Assembly: GCA_028823955.1 (NCBI GenBank)
Contig: JAPPFE010000016.1
Coordinates: 12,497 to 76,496 of the forward strand
DNA from: Candidatus Dadabacteria bacterium
GTDB lineage: Bacteria > Desulfobacterota_D > UBA1144 > Nemesobacterales > Nemesobacteraceae
DNA length: 64,000 nucleotides
Direction of reading: 5' to 3'
The notes under the pieces were generated by a model. That model saw only the letters and a list, made by a program, of their open reading frames with translations, had not been told where the DNA came from and did no database searches. The first letter of the stretch is position 1, and the number at the start of each line of letters is the position of its first letter. This document shows, piece after piece, positions 1 to 8,361 of this stretch. The position numbers were made by a program, and so were the translations under genes.

Positions 1-1265
1 TCGCGCTTGAGGAGGAAGGGGTGAAGATAATAGGAACTTCCCCCGAGAGCATAGATCTTGCCGAGGACAGAGACAGGTTCAGAAAGCTCGTTTCGGATCT
101 GGGACTCCTCCAGCCCAAAAGCGATACCGCGAGAAGCGAGGGGGAAGCCATTGGCATAGCCCGCGAGATAGGGTATCCGGTCATGGTCCGCCCGTCTTAT
201 GTTCTGGGCGGTCGTGCCATGGAGACAGTTTACGACGAGGAATCTCTTCGAACTTACATACGGGAAGCCGCGAGCGTTTCGCCGAACCACCCGATATTGA
301 TAGACAAGTTCCTGAAGGACGCGAAGGAAGTCGACGTGGACGCTGTTTGCGACGGGGAAACCGTTGTTGTGGGCGGGGTGCTCGAGCACATCGAGGAAGC
401 GGGGGTTCATTCCGGAGACAGCGCGGCGATTCTGCCCCCGTTTTCGATGGAACCTGAAGTTGTCGAGGAAATAAAATCCCAGACGAAAAAACTTGCGCTT
501 TCTCTGGATGTAAAAGGGCTTGTTAACATCCAATTTGCCGTAAAGGACGGAGAGGTTTACATAATTGAGGTAAACCCCAGAGCAAGCCGCACCGTTCCCT
601 TCGTGAGCAAGGCCATAGGGGTTCAGTTAGCTAAAATAGGGACCAAAGTGATGACTGGAAAATCTCTTGAGGAACTCGGCTACACGGAGGAAATCGTCCC
701 GAAGCACTACTGCGTAAAGGAATCGGTCTTTCCTTTCGTCAAGTTCCCGGAAGTTGATACGATTCTGGGGCCGGAAATGAAATCCACCGGCGAGGTCATG
801 GGAATTGCTCCCGACCTTGACCAAGCCTTTGCCAAATCCCAGATTGCGGCTGGCAACAGTCTTCCCTCAAGCGGAGTGGCCTTCATAAGCGTAAAAGACG
901 AGGACAAGTCAGACAAGATGCTTGATATAGCCCAGAGGCTGAGCGATACCGGTTTTGATATAATGGCTACCGGGGGCACATCTGAATTTCTCAATAAAAA
1001 TGGTATATTTTCCCGAACGGTGAACAAGGTTAAGCAGGGCCGCCCCCACATAGTCGATCACCTTAAAAACGGTGAGGTGCAGTTGGTTATAAATACCACT
1101 TTCGGGAAAAAGGAGATCGCGCAGTCATATTCGATAAGAAGGACCGCGCTTGTAAACAATGTTCCTTACTTTACCACTCTCGCCGGTGCGGTCGCCGGGG
1201 TCAGTGCTATCGAGGCCTTGGTGAGAATCGGTCTCGACGTAAAGGCTCTGCAGAGCTACTATTAA
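1..1265 (+). CDS. carB: Carbamoyl-phosphate synthase large subunit, C-terminal part. The gene starts upstream of the window.
   Basis: Translation has the ATP-grasp motifs and MGS-like C-terminal domain typical of CarB (IGYPVMVRPSYVLGGRAM, IIEVNPRASRTVPFVSKA). The ORF is open to the window edge. Confidence 0.9.
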   Translation, partial: ALEEEGVKIIGTSPESIDLAEDRDRFRKLVSDLGLLQPKSDTARSEGEAIGIAREIGYPVMVRPSYVLGGRAMETVYDEESLRTYIREAASVSPNHPILIDKFLKDAKEVDVDAVCDGETVVVGGVLEHIEEAGVHSGDSAAILPPFSMEPEVVEEIKSQTKKLALSLDVKGLVNIQFAVKDGEVYIIEVNPRASRTVPFVSKAIGVQLAKIGTKVMTGKSLEELGYTEEIVPKHYCVKESVFPFVKFPEVDTILGPEMKSTGEVMGIAPDLDQAFAKSQIAAGNSLPSSGVAFISVKDEDKSDKMLDIAQRLSDTGFDIMATGGTSEFLNKNGIFSRTVNKVKQGRPHIVDHLKNGEVQLVINTTFGKKEIAQSYSIRRTALVNNVPYFTTLAGAVAGVSAIEALVRIGLDVKALQSYY

Positions 1266-1303
1266 CCCGGTTGGGGTATGATTGAGGCGAGGAGGAGATA
1301 TTA

Positions 1304-1780
1304 ATGAGTGTCCAAAGAGTTCTAATTACCCCTGATGGCTGGAGAAAGCTTCGGGACGAACTGCATAGATTAAAAACCGTCGAAAGACAGGAAGTAATCA
1401 AGCTTATAGAATATGCAAGATCCCTCGGAGACCTCTCCGAAAACGCCGAGTACGAGACTGCCAAGCAGAGACAGTCGTTCATAGAGGGAAGGATACAGGA
1501 AATAGAAGACCGCCTTGGCCGTGCGGAAGTAATTGACCCTGAGAAAATCACCGCCCGGGACAGGGTGGTTTTCGGTCTTACGGTTACGGTGGAGGATATT
1601 GATTCCGGAGACATAAAAAAGTACAAGCTTGTGGGAGAGGATGAATCCGAGCCCGAAAATGGCTTTATATCGGTTACCTCTCCGGTTGGCAGCGCGCTTA
1701 TCGGAAAGAGAGTCGATGACGAGATACAGGTCAGAGCTCCCGGAGGAATTAAGGAATTTCTGGTTATTAATATAGAATAA
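1304..1780 (+). CDS. greA: Transcription elongation factor GreA
   Basis: 158 aa. N-terminal coiled-coil and C-terminal FKBP-like domain match GreA (ITPDGWRKLRDEL, YARSLGDLSENAEYETAK). Good RBS (GGAGGAG). Confidence 0.9.
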   Translation: MSVQRVLITPDGWRKLRDELHRLKTVERQEVIKLIEYARSLGDLSENAEYETAKQRQSFIEGRIQEIEDRLGRAEVIDPEKITARDRVVFGLTVTVEDIDSGDIKKYKLVGEDESEPENGFISVTSPVGSALIGKRVDDEIQVRAPGGIKEFLVINIE

Positions 1781-1789
1781 TCTTTTGGT

Positions 1790-2371
1790 ATGGGCAGGCC
1801 GGTTGACAATCTCAAGAGATTCATACTGTTTTCAATTATCTTCCATGTTCTTATATCTTTTGCTTGGGGGAAGATTGTCGTGCAGAGAAGCGTTCCTGTA
1901 TACGGCGATCACATAGAAGTGTCCCTGAGACATTTTGAATTCAAAAAACCCGAACCCGCAAAAAAAATCGTAAGAAAGAAAAAGGTTGTTAAGAAGAAAA
2001 AAGAGAAAGTCGTAAAGGAAGTGAAAAAACGGGATGACTCCATAGCGCTTAAAAAGGAAGCAAAGCCCGCCCCGGAGGAGCAGCCCGAAGAGAGTTATGC
2101 TACCGCGAGACCATCTTACGGTTTTACCCCCAGACCTGGTTATCCCGCGGTTGCCATAAGACGTGGTTACGAGGGCAGCGTGTTGCTTAATGTGCGTGTG
2201 CTTCCAAATGGGGAACCCGAGGAAGTAACCATCTCCAAATCCTCCGGTCACAAGGTTCTTGATAATGCCGCTTTGAAGGCTGTAAAGAAGTGGAGATTCG
2301 TCCCGGCGCAAAGGGGCTTCAAAGCGGTTTCAAGCTGGGTCAAGGTTCCGATAGAGTTTCGCCTGGAATGA
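1790..2371 (+). CDS. TonB-family protein: N-terminal TM segment, Lys-rich linker, C-terminal TonB domain
   Basis: 193 aa. Hydrophobic N-terminus, a KKKVVKKKKEK linker, and a C-terminal segment resembling TonB_C (GYPAVAIRRGYEGSVLLNVRVLPNGEPEEV). Confidence 0.6.
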   Translation: MGRPVDNLKRFILFSIIFHVLISFAWGKIVVQRSVPVYGDHIEVSLRHFEFKKPEPAKKIVRKKKVVKKKKEKVVKEVKKRDDSIALKKEAKPAPEEQPEESYATARPSYGFTPRPGYPAVAIRRGYEGSVLLNVRVLPNGEPEEVTISKSSGHKVLDNAALKAVKKWRFVPAQRGFKAVSSWVKVPIEFRLE

Positions 2372-2393
2372 TGCTTGACCATCTGCCGGGGAT

Positions 2394-2924
2394 TTGCGGG
2401 ATTTTCTTTCAGGGTCGGGATTTCTTGTTTTTTTCATGAGAAATTATCTAAGTGTGTTCGCTATATCTTTTCTGGTGGTATTGCTTGACCAGCTGACCAA
2501 GTGGCTCGTCAAGGCCCACGTACCATTTCTATCGAGGATAAACGTGTTTTCATGGTTCGATATAACGCATTTGCGAAATCCTGGAATCGCGTTTGGCATG
2601 TTAAGGAACATGTCTGAAGATATAAGGCTTTACTTTTACATAGTTGTTTTCGTTTTGGTGCTGATTGCGATTTTTTTCTTTCTTCGCAGCCTTGAAGAGG
2701 AGAAGAGAGTTTTTCGATATGGGCTCGCTTTTGTGCTGGGGGGGGCTATTGGAAACTCAATAGACAGGTTTGCCTACGGATACGTGACCGATTTTATTGC
2801 AGTTTACTGGCCGGGGAACCCGGACCTGCTCTGGCCTCCTTTTAACGTAGCTGACTCTGCGATCACGGTCGGGGCGATTTCGATCCTGATTTCCGGAGTC
2901 CTGGGGCGGGGCAAGGAGAATTAA
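2394..2924 (+). CDS. lspA: Lipoprotein signal peptidase (signal peptidase II)
   Basis: 176 aa multi-TM protein with LspA motifs (NPGIAFGM, GGAIGNSIDR, FNVADSAI). The true start may be the internal Met at about 2436. Confidence 0.85.
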   Translation: MRDFLSGSGFLVFFMRNYLSVFAISFLVVLLDQLTKWLVKAHVPFLSRINVFSWFDITHLRNPGIAFGMLRNMSEDIRLYFYIVVFVLVLIAIFFFLRSLEEEKRVFRYGLAFVLGGAIGNSIDRFAYGYVTDFIAVYWPGNPDLLWPPFNVADSAITVGAISILISGVLGRGKEN

Positions 2925-3557
2925 ATGTTTAGCGGTATAGTTGAAGACATTGGAGCGCTCCAGGCGCTTGAGAAAAAGGACAAGGGCGTTCTTTTAAGAA
3001 TCGGGGTTCGGAAGATCGATGCCGGGGAACTGGAGTTGGGAGAAAGCGTGGCCGTAAACGGCGTATGTCTTACTGTAGTTTCTGCGGGAGACGGTAGTTT
3101 TTCCGTTGATGCGTCCCACGAAACGCTTTCCAGGACAAACCTCTCCGGCCTCCGGACGGGGAGCGGAGTGAATCTCGAGAGATCTCTTCGGGTCGGAGAC
3201 AGGATGGGTGGACATATCGTCACGGGCCACGTGGACGGAGTCGGTGTCGTTCAGTCCATTACTCCGGTAGGAGAATCCAAGGTTTTTTCTTTTTCAATTC
3301 CCGCATCGCTTGCGAAATATGTGGTCGAAAAAGGATCAATCGCTGTTGACGGTGTAAGTCTCACCGTCAACTCGGTAAAAGACACTGAGTTTTCGGTAAA
3401 CATAATTCCCTACACGCTTCGGGAAACGACTTTTTCCGAATTTCGCCGTGGCAGGGAAGTCAATATAGAGTGCGACATAATAGGCAAGTACGTTGAGAAA
3501 ATGCTCTCCGGCACAAACCCCCCTGCCGAGGGTTCTCCCGTCGGAAGAAAATTGTAG
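2925..3557 (+). CDS. ribE: Riboflavin synthase alpha subunit
   Basis: 210 aa. MFSGIVEDIG N-terminus, two lumazine-binding repeats, GERVNLE-like and GHIVTGHVDG motifs. Starts directly after the lspA stop. Confidence 0.85.
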   Translation: MFSGIVEDIGALQALEKKDKGVLLRIGVRKIDAGELELGESVAVNGVCLTVVSAGDGSFSVDASHETLSRTNLSGLRTGSGVNLERSLRVGDRMGGHIVTGHVDGVGVVQSITPVGESKVFSFSIPASLAKYVVEKGSIAVDGVSLTVNSVKDTEFSVNIIPYTLRETTFSEFRRGREVNIECDIIGKYVEKMLSGTNPPAEGSPVGRKL

Positions 3558-3563
3558 GTTGAT

Positions 3564-4076
3564 TTGAGCGAGAAACGACATATTTTTCTTACGGGGTTTA
3601 TGGGAGCGGGCAAAACAAGCGTCGGCAGGAAGCTTTCCGGAAAACTGCGAATGGATTTCTACGATCTTGACAGTGAAGTGGAACGGGCCGAAGGTCTTTC
3701 AGTATCCGAGATATTTGAAGCGGAGGGAGAGGAGGGCTTCAGGCAGAAGGAAACAGAGATACTCGTCGCCCTTTCGCAGAAAACACCCCCGGCAGTGATC
3801 TCAACGGGGGGAGGTGCGGTCCTGCGACAGCAGAATCGTGAAATAATGGAGGCCTCGGGTGAGGTTTTCTATCTGCGGGCGGATATCGATACCCTTTGGA
3901 ACAGGGTGATGAGCAAGAAGGGAAGGCCCCTTCTTGACGTCAAAGACCCTAGGGCTGAGTTTCATGAGCTTTTCATGAAAAGAAAGGATATTTACGAACT
4001 CTCGCCGCATGTTGTTCTTACGGATGATATGAGTGTCTCAGAAGTTGCTGATAAAGTAATTGGGATGCTCAAATGA
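3564..4076 (+). CDS. aroK: Shikimate kinase
   Basis: 170 aa. P-loop GFMGAGKTSVG and overall AroK/AroL architecture. Apparent TTG start. Confidence 0.8.
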   Translation: MSEKRHIFLTGFMGAGKTSVGRKLSGKLRMDFYDLDSEVERAEGLSVSEIFEAEGEEGFRQKETEILVALSQKTPPAVISTGGGAVLRQQNREIMEASGEVFYLRADIDTLWNRVMSKKGRPLLDVKDPRAEFHELFMKRKDIYELSPHVVLTDDMSVSEVADKVIGMLK

Positions 4077-5542
4077 AGCTGGAGGCTTTAACTATGAAGA
4101 GAACTGTTTTCCTGTTTTTTGCTGCCTGTTTTTTGCTTGTGGGTTCCCTTTCGTGCGCTAAAGTGGAGGAAGACGAAGAAAGCTCTGGGTCCCTGTCGCG
4201 GGAAAATGTCCCGGAACTTCTTTCTTCTTCAGGTTCTTCTGTAAAATTTCCCTCCCTTGCGGGTCTTGTCGAGAAACAGAAGCATTCTGTTGTGAACATA
4301 AGCACCACGAGTGTCGTAAAGCGGGGAAAGGTGCTTCCTGATTTCGGCGAGGGGGATCCTTTCGAGGAGTTTTTCAAGAGATTTTTTCCGAATGACCGGG
4401 AACGGGAGTTCAGGAAAAAGGGCCTGGGCTCCGGGTTCATAGTCAGCAAAGACGGCTACATAGTTACCAACAACCATGTGATCAGCAGGGCAGAAGATAT
4501 ACAGGTCGTTCTCTATGACGGGTCGAGGTATACGGCCGAGATTGTGGGACAGGACACCAAAACGGACCTTGCGGTTCTGAAGATAAAACCTGAAAAAAAA
4601 CTGAAGCCCGTTGTTTTCGGAGATTCGGACAAGCTTAGAATCGGCGACTGGGTTATGGCGATTGGAAATCCCTTCGGACTCGGCTACACCGTGACGGTCG
4701 GAATAGTGAGCGCGAAGGGAAGGTCTCTGGGTCTCGGGGCCTACGATGATTTCATTCAGACCGATGCGTCCCTCAACCCAGGAAACAGCGGAGGTCCGCT
4801 TTTTAACCTGGGAGGGGAGGTGGTTGGTGTTAACACCGCAATAGCAGCCAGAGGCCAGGGAATAGGGTTTTCTATCCCAACCAACATGGCCAAGGGGGTC
4901 ATATCCCAGCTCATGGAAAAAGGCAAGGTGGTCAGGGGGTGGCTGGGAGTCGTTATTCAGCCTATAACGCAGGAGATAGCCGAGAGCATAGGACATGAGA
5001 GTACCGATGGGGCTCTTATATCCGATATAAGCCCGGGAAGCCCTGCGGAGAAAGCGGGTCTGCGGAGGGGAGACGTGGTAGTGAAATTTGACGGAGAACC
5101 CATAAAGGAGTTTACGTCTTTATCCAAACTCGTGGGAATGAAAGCTCCCGGCACTTCCTCTAAAATCACGGTTCTCCGCGACGGGAAGCGCGAGGAGATT
5201 TCCGTTGTTCTCGGCAAGATGCCGGATGAAGAGACTCCTGCAGAGTCCCAGCGGGACGAAGATATTGAATTAAGTGACATTACCCCGGATATCGCCGCAC
5301 GGTTCGGCGTTGAGGATAAAGCCGGGGTGCTGGTTACGAACGTAAGCCGTGGCAGCTCAGCCTGGGAGGCGGGATTTCGTCCCGGAGACGTGATACTGGA
5401 GGTTAACAAGAACCCCGTGGCGAACCTCGGGGACTACAACAAGATCATAAACGGCCTGAAACCCGGAAAGCAGTATCTCTTTCTGGTAAAGAAACGTAAA
5501 AACACGATGTACATCGGCTACGCCCCTAAAAACAAAGAGTAG
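4073..5542 (+). CDS. htrA: Periplasmic serine endoprotease DegP/HtrA with two PDZ domains
   Basis: Signal peptide, then a trypsin-like catalytic triad region (TNNHV, TDLAVLKI, GNSGGPLFN), then two PDZ-like segments. The start is probably the second Met at 4094. Confidence 0.85.
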   Translation: MKLEALTMKRTVFLFFAACFLLVGSLSCAKVEEDEESSGSLSRENVPELLSSSGSSVKFPSLAGLVEKQKHSVVNISTTSVVKRGKVLPDFGEGDPFEEFFKRFFPNDREREFRKKGLGSGFIVSKDGYIVTNNHVISRAEDIQVVLYDGSRYTAEIVGQDTKTDLAVLKIKPEKKLKPVVFGDSDKLRIGDWVMAIGNPFGLGYTVTVGIVSAKGRSLGLGAYDDFIQTDASLNPGNSGGPLFNLGGEVVGVNTAIAARGQGIGFSIPTNMAKGVISQLMEKGKVVRGWLGVVIQPITQEIAESIGHESTDGALISDISPGSPAEKAGLRRGDVVVKFDGEPIKEFTSLSKLVGMKAPGTSSKITVLRDGKREEISVVLGKMPDEETPAESQRDEDIELSDITPDIAARFGVEDKAGVLVTNVSRGSSAWEAGFRPGDVILEVNKNPVANLGDYNKIINGLKPGKQYLFLVKKRKNTMYIGYAPKNKE

Positions 5543-5559
5543 CGGGCAACTATCGGTGA

Positions 5560-5991
5560 TTATTCTCCAGGGATGATTTTCCTTCGGAATTCCTCCGGCA
5601 TCCGCACGGTTTTTCTCTCTTTGTAGTTAAAAAATACGAGAGAGGTCTTGACCTTGGCGATCTCCTTGCCGTTTTTTTCGTTCACCAGTGCGTAAATAAG
5701 TTCAAGAAAATTGTTGCCATACTCGCCGATGCCGATGCTTATTTTCATTACGTCCCCGTAAAACGCTTCCGAACTGTAAGTGATCCCTACGTCTCCCATT
5801 ATAATTCCCACTCCCTCTATATCGGCTTCAGTGTAGCCGTGTGCCGCGAGGAATCTTACGCGGGCCTCGTGCGCGAGGGTTAACACGGAGTCGTGTCCAA
5901 GATGAGAACCGTAATTTATGTCGTCTATTCTTATCGGAATTTGCGTTGAAAAGACGAATCTGCTCGGTAGATCTATTTTTATTCTTGCCAT
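5560..5991 (-). CDS. Acyl-CoA thioesterase, 4HBT/YbgC-like hotdog fold
   Basis: 143 aa. Size and sequence pattern fit the YbgC/FcoT thioesterase family. The call is from pattern only. Confidence 0.6.
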   Translation of the reverse strand: MARIKIDLPSRFVFSTQIPIRIDDINYGSHLGHDSVLTLAHEARVRFLAAHGYTEADIEGVGIIMGDVGITYSSEAFYGDVMKISIGIGEYGNNFLELIYALVNEKNGKEIAKVKTSLVFFNYKERKTVRMPEEFRRKIIPGE

Positions 5992-6123
5992 TTTCGCGGG
6001 TTCTCTTCCTGAATATATCTGTATTTTCGGGGCTATAAAAGAATTGTTTGCTTTTTACTTTTCAGGGGTTATAGTCATGCCTCAATAATTGTTCCAATAA
6101 ATTTTTCTAGGAGGCGGAATTAG

Positions 6124-6345
6124 ATGGAAGAAAGGACAGAAAAGGAGCATGTAAGTAACCACGTTGATATTGAGTCCAAAAGGTTTTTCTTTGACGTCAA
6201 GGAGAACCACAAGGGTCAGTACCTTAGGATTACCGAACTAAGCGGCGGCCGCTCAAGCATAGTCGTTCCCTTTGAAGGAATAGAGCAGTTCAGAGACAAG
6301 CTGGTCGAAACGATAAAACAATCCCTCGAGTTAGTTGGAAGCTAG
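6124..6345 (+). CDS. Small PUR-alpha-like (DUF3276-type) nucleic-acid-binding protein
   Basis: 73 aa with a strong RBS (AGGAGG, 7 nt, ATG). KRFFFDVKENHKGQYLRITE is characteristic of bacterial PUR repeat proteins. Confidence 0.5.
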   Translation: MEERTEKEHVSNHVDIESKRFFFDVKENHKGQYLRITELSGGRSSIVVPFEGIEQFRDKLVETIKQSLELVGS

Positions 6346-6398
6346 AGAAATCCCCAGGATTTAATTCCTCCCCATCTTGGCACAAGCTTTAAGATCAT

Positions 6399-7682
6399 CT
6401 ACATGATCGCTTCTGCTTTTACCACTCTGAGTTTTATAAGATTCGGGTCAGGAAGCTTGCTTATAAATCCGACCTGAACATTCCTGAGCCACATCACCTG
6501 TTTCGGAGCCAAGACTTTTTTTATCTTGAAGCGGTTTGATCCGAAAGGGGTGTTTGAGGATTTGAAAAACTCTATTTCAAGCTCTATTTTCTCGTAAGCA
6601 ATGTCGCTTATGTTCTCAATGACTAGCTTGCTGAGCGTCGCGGTTGCCCCGGGGATTCCGCTTCCCCATTCAAACTCCCTTATTACTATATCGTGTTTAG
6701 GGAAAGCTTCTCTGGGCTGTTCTTGGTAAAATTCCGTGTTCCTGTCTGCGGCCGAACCGGTAGAGCCGACCGAACTGGTCGGAGGAGGAACGCTTTCGGT
6801 TCCGCTTTCGTAAGCGCTTTCGGATTCATCCGAGGATGGTGCTTGTTGGCGCGGTTCGGCTTTTTTCTCCCCGTCTTTTTTTCTTAGTATGCTGACGGAA
6901 CTGATTTTTTTCTTTATCCTCTCTCCCAGGCTTCCCCCGCCGGAAAGGATGTAATTGAGTTCCTTTGTCGTTATCACCTCGGCACCGGAGACGGCAATAG
7001 ATCTTTCAACAGCGTTCGGACTCGAGAAACCGACGTTTATCCCCGTAAAAGTTCTTTCCTCCCCGGCCGGAAGTACGTTGTGTATAGTCACCGAGGACAG
7101 GTGAGTGCTGCCCGGTCCGGTTCTGCCCTCTTTCTCCGTTAAAAGCAGTTTGATATTCTTAAAGTGGGTTTTTCCTGTGTTCTCAAGGGTGATTTCCGTT
7201 ATGAAACCCTCCGTTCCGAAGCTCGCACCCTCAAGCTCCCAGTTCTTTACGAAAACCACGTTCTTGGCACTTGCAGACGAAGAACTTTCCGACACCTCGG
7301 CGCCAGTCACCATCGCCTCGGAGTCTTCAAGATCCGAGTTCATGAAACCCATATCCAAGTTGGAGAAGGTTTTTCGGCTTCCTGCGGGCAGCTCCTCGTG
7401 TATCTTTCCGCGAAGCGAGCCCAGGAGCTTGCCGGTTCTTGTAAACAGATCAATCCTGATTTTGATGTTCTTGTAGTTGGTTCTACTGGAGTTTGCGACG
7501 GTTATTTCTGAAAGCGTTGCCATACGCCCCACTCCGTAGGATTTCCACGAGTAGTCCGTTACGGTTAGATCTTCCCGGGGATTTGGCTGCTGCGCATAAG
7601 CGACCTCTGCTTGCAGACAGAGAATAAGCGGAAAAAGCAGAAGGGCAAGCGTGATTGTCGCGGCGTGAATTATGCTTTTCAT
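6399..7682 (-). CDS. Secreted protein of unknown function with three tandem repeats of about 95 aa and a Ser/Glu-rich linker
   Basis: Signal peptide (MKSIIHAATITLALLLFPLILCLQAEVAYA). Three internally similar domains (EITVANSS..NIKIRIDLF, EITLENTG..NIKLLLTEK, LVIENISD..KIELEIEFF), each ending in GAEV-like or KAEA-like motifs. Confidence 0.6.
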   Translation of the reverse strand: MKSIIHAATITLALLLFPLILCLQAEVAYAQQPNPREDLTVTDYSWKSYGVGRMATLSEITVANSSRTNYKNIKIRIDLFTRTGKLLGSLRGKIHEELPAGSRKTFSNLDMGFMNSDLEDSEAMVTGAEVSESSSSASAKNVVFVKNWELEGASFGTEGFITEITLENTGKTHFKNIKLLLTEKEGRTGPGSTHLSSVTIHNVLPAGEERTFTGINVGFSSPNAVERSIAVSGAEVITTKELNYILSGGGSLGERIKKKISSVSILRKKDGEKKAEPRQQAPSSDESESAYESGTESVPPPTSSVGSTGSAADRNTEFYQEQPREAFPKHDIVIREFEWGSGIPGATATLSKLVIENISDIAYEKIELEIEFFKSSNTPFGSNRFKIKKVLAPKQVMWLRNVQVGFISKLPDPNLIKLRVVKAEAIM

Positions 7683-7864
7683 CAGGTCTTAAAAAATATT
7701 TATAGTAATATACCGAAGAGTTTTTGTTATGGAAGTTCCGGAGGAGGGCTTTTTTTCTTGAGATATCTTTCAAAAAAGTTATAAATCTAGAACGGCCGGT
7801 TGGCAGCTAAGGATTTTCTCGGCGCGCGATCCTTCGCAACTCATAGAAACAGCGGGTTTTTTCA

Positions 7865-8203
7865 ATGGCAATTTACATATTACTCAGCAGACTTACCCCC
7901 GAGGGCAGAAAAACCGTTAAGGAGCGGCCCGGGAGAATAAAGGAAGTCGACAAGGAGCTTGAGGACATAGGAGTCAGGGTTCTTGAGCAGTATGCGACCC
8001 TGGGTAGGTACGATTTTGTGAACATAGTGGAGGCACCCGATAATGAGACCATAGGGAAGGTATCGGTTGACCTCTGCTCAAGGGGAACGGTCGAGCTGGT
8101 AACTCTTCCGGCGGTCTCGGTCGAATCTCTGGTTAAATCGCTTAATAAGGCAAGAGCGGAGAAGACGCCTCCAACGCCATCCGGGGAAGATAAAGATGTT
8201 TAA
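7865..8203 (+). CDS. GYD-domain protein
   Basis: 112 aa. MAIYILLSRLTPEG...GRYDFVNIVEAPDNET matches the GYD family, including the GRYD motif. Confidence 0.6.
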   Translation: MAIYILLSRLTPEGRKTVKERPGRIKEVDKELEDIGVRVLEQYATLGRYDFVNIVEAPDNETIGKVSVDLCSRGTVELVTLPAVSVESLVKSLNKARAEKTPPTPSGEDKDV

Positions 8204-8354
8204 AAAGTATTTCGGCGTAGTGGAAGAACAGTCGCGGGACGTTTTCGGGACGCACCCGAAGAAAACCCTCTCGGCTTTTTCCTTCTTCTCGGTTGCCGCG
8301 GTCATTTTGCCTCTGACCATACTCATCCTGTTTATTCTGCTTAAGCTTTTCTAA
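8196..8354 (+). CDS. Small predicted membrane protein (52 aa) overlapping the end of the GYD gene
   Basis: Read by hand: MFKKYFGVVEEQSRDVFGTHPKKTLSAFSFFSVAAVILPLTILILFILLKLF. ATG at 8196 overlaps the GYD stop at 8201-8203. It has one C-terminal TM helix and is not in the ORF track because it is under 60 aa. Confidence 0.3.
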   Translation: MFKKYFGVVEEQSRDVFGTHPKKTLSAFSFFSVAAVILPLTILILFILLKLF

Positions 8355-8361
8355 GGTATTA

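Noticed and set aside
1207-1824. 205-aa minus-strand ORF covering greA
   Set aside because: Antisense to greA and low-complexity Ser-rich, so spurious.
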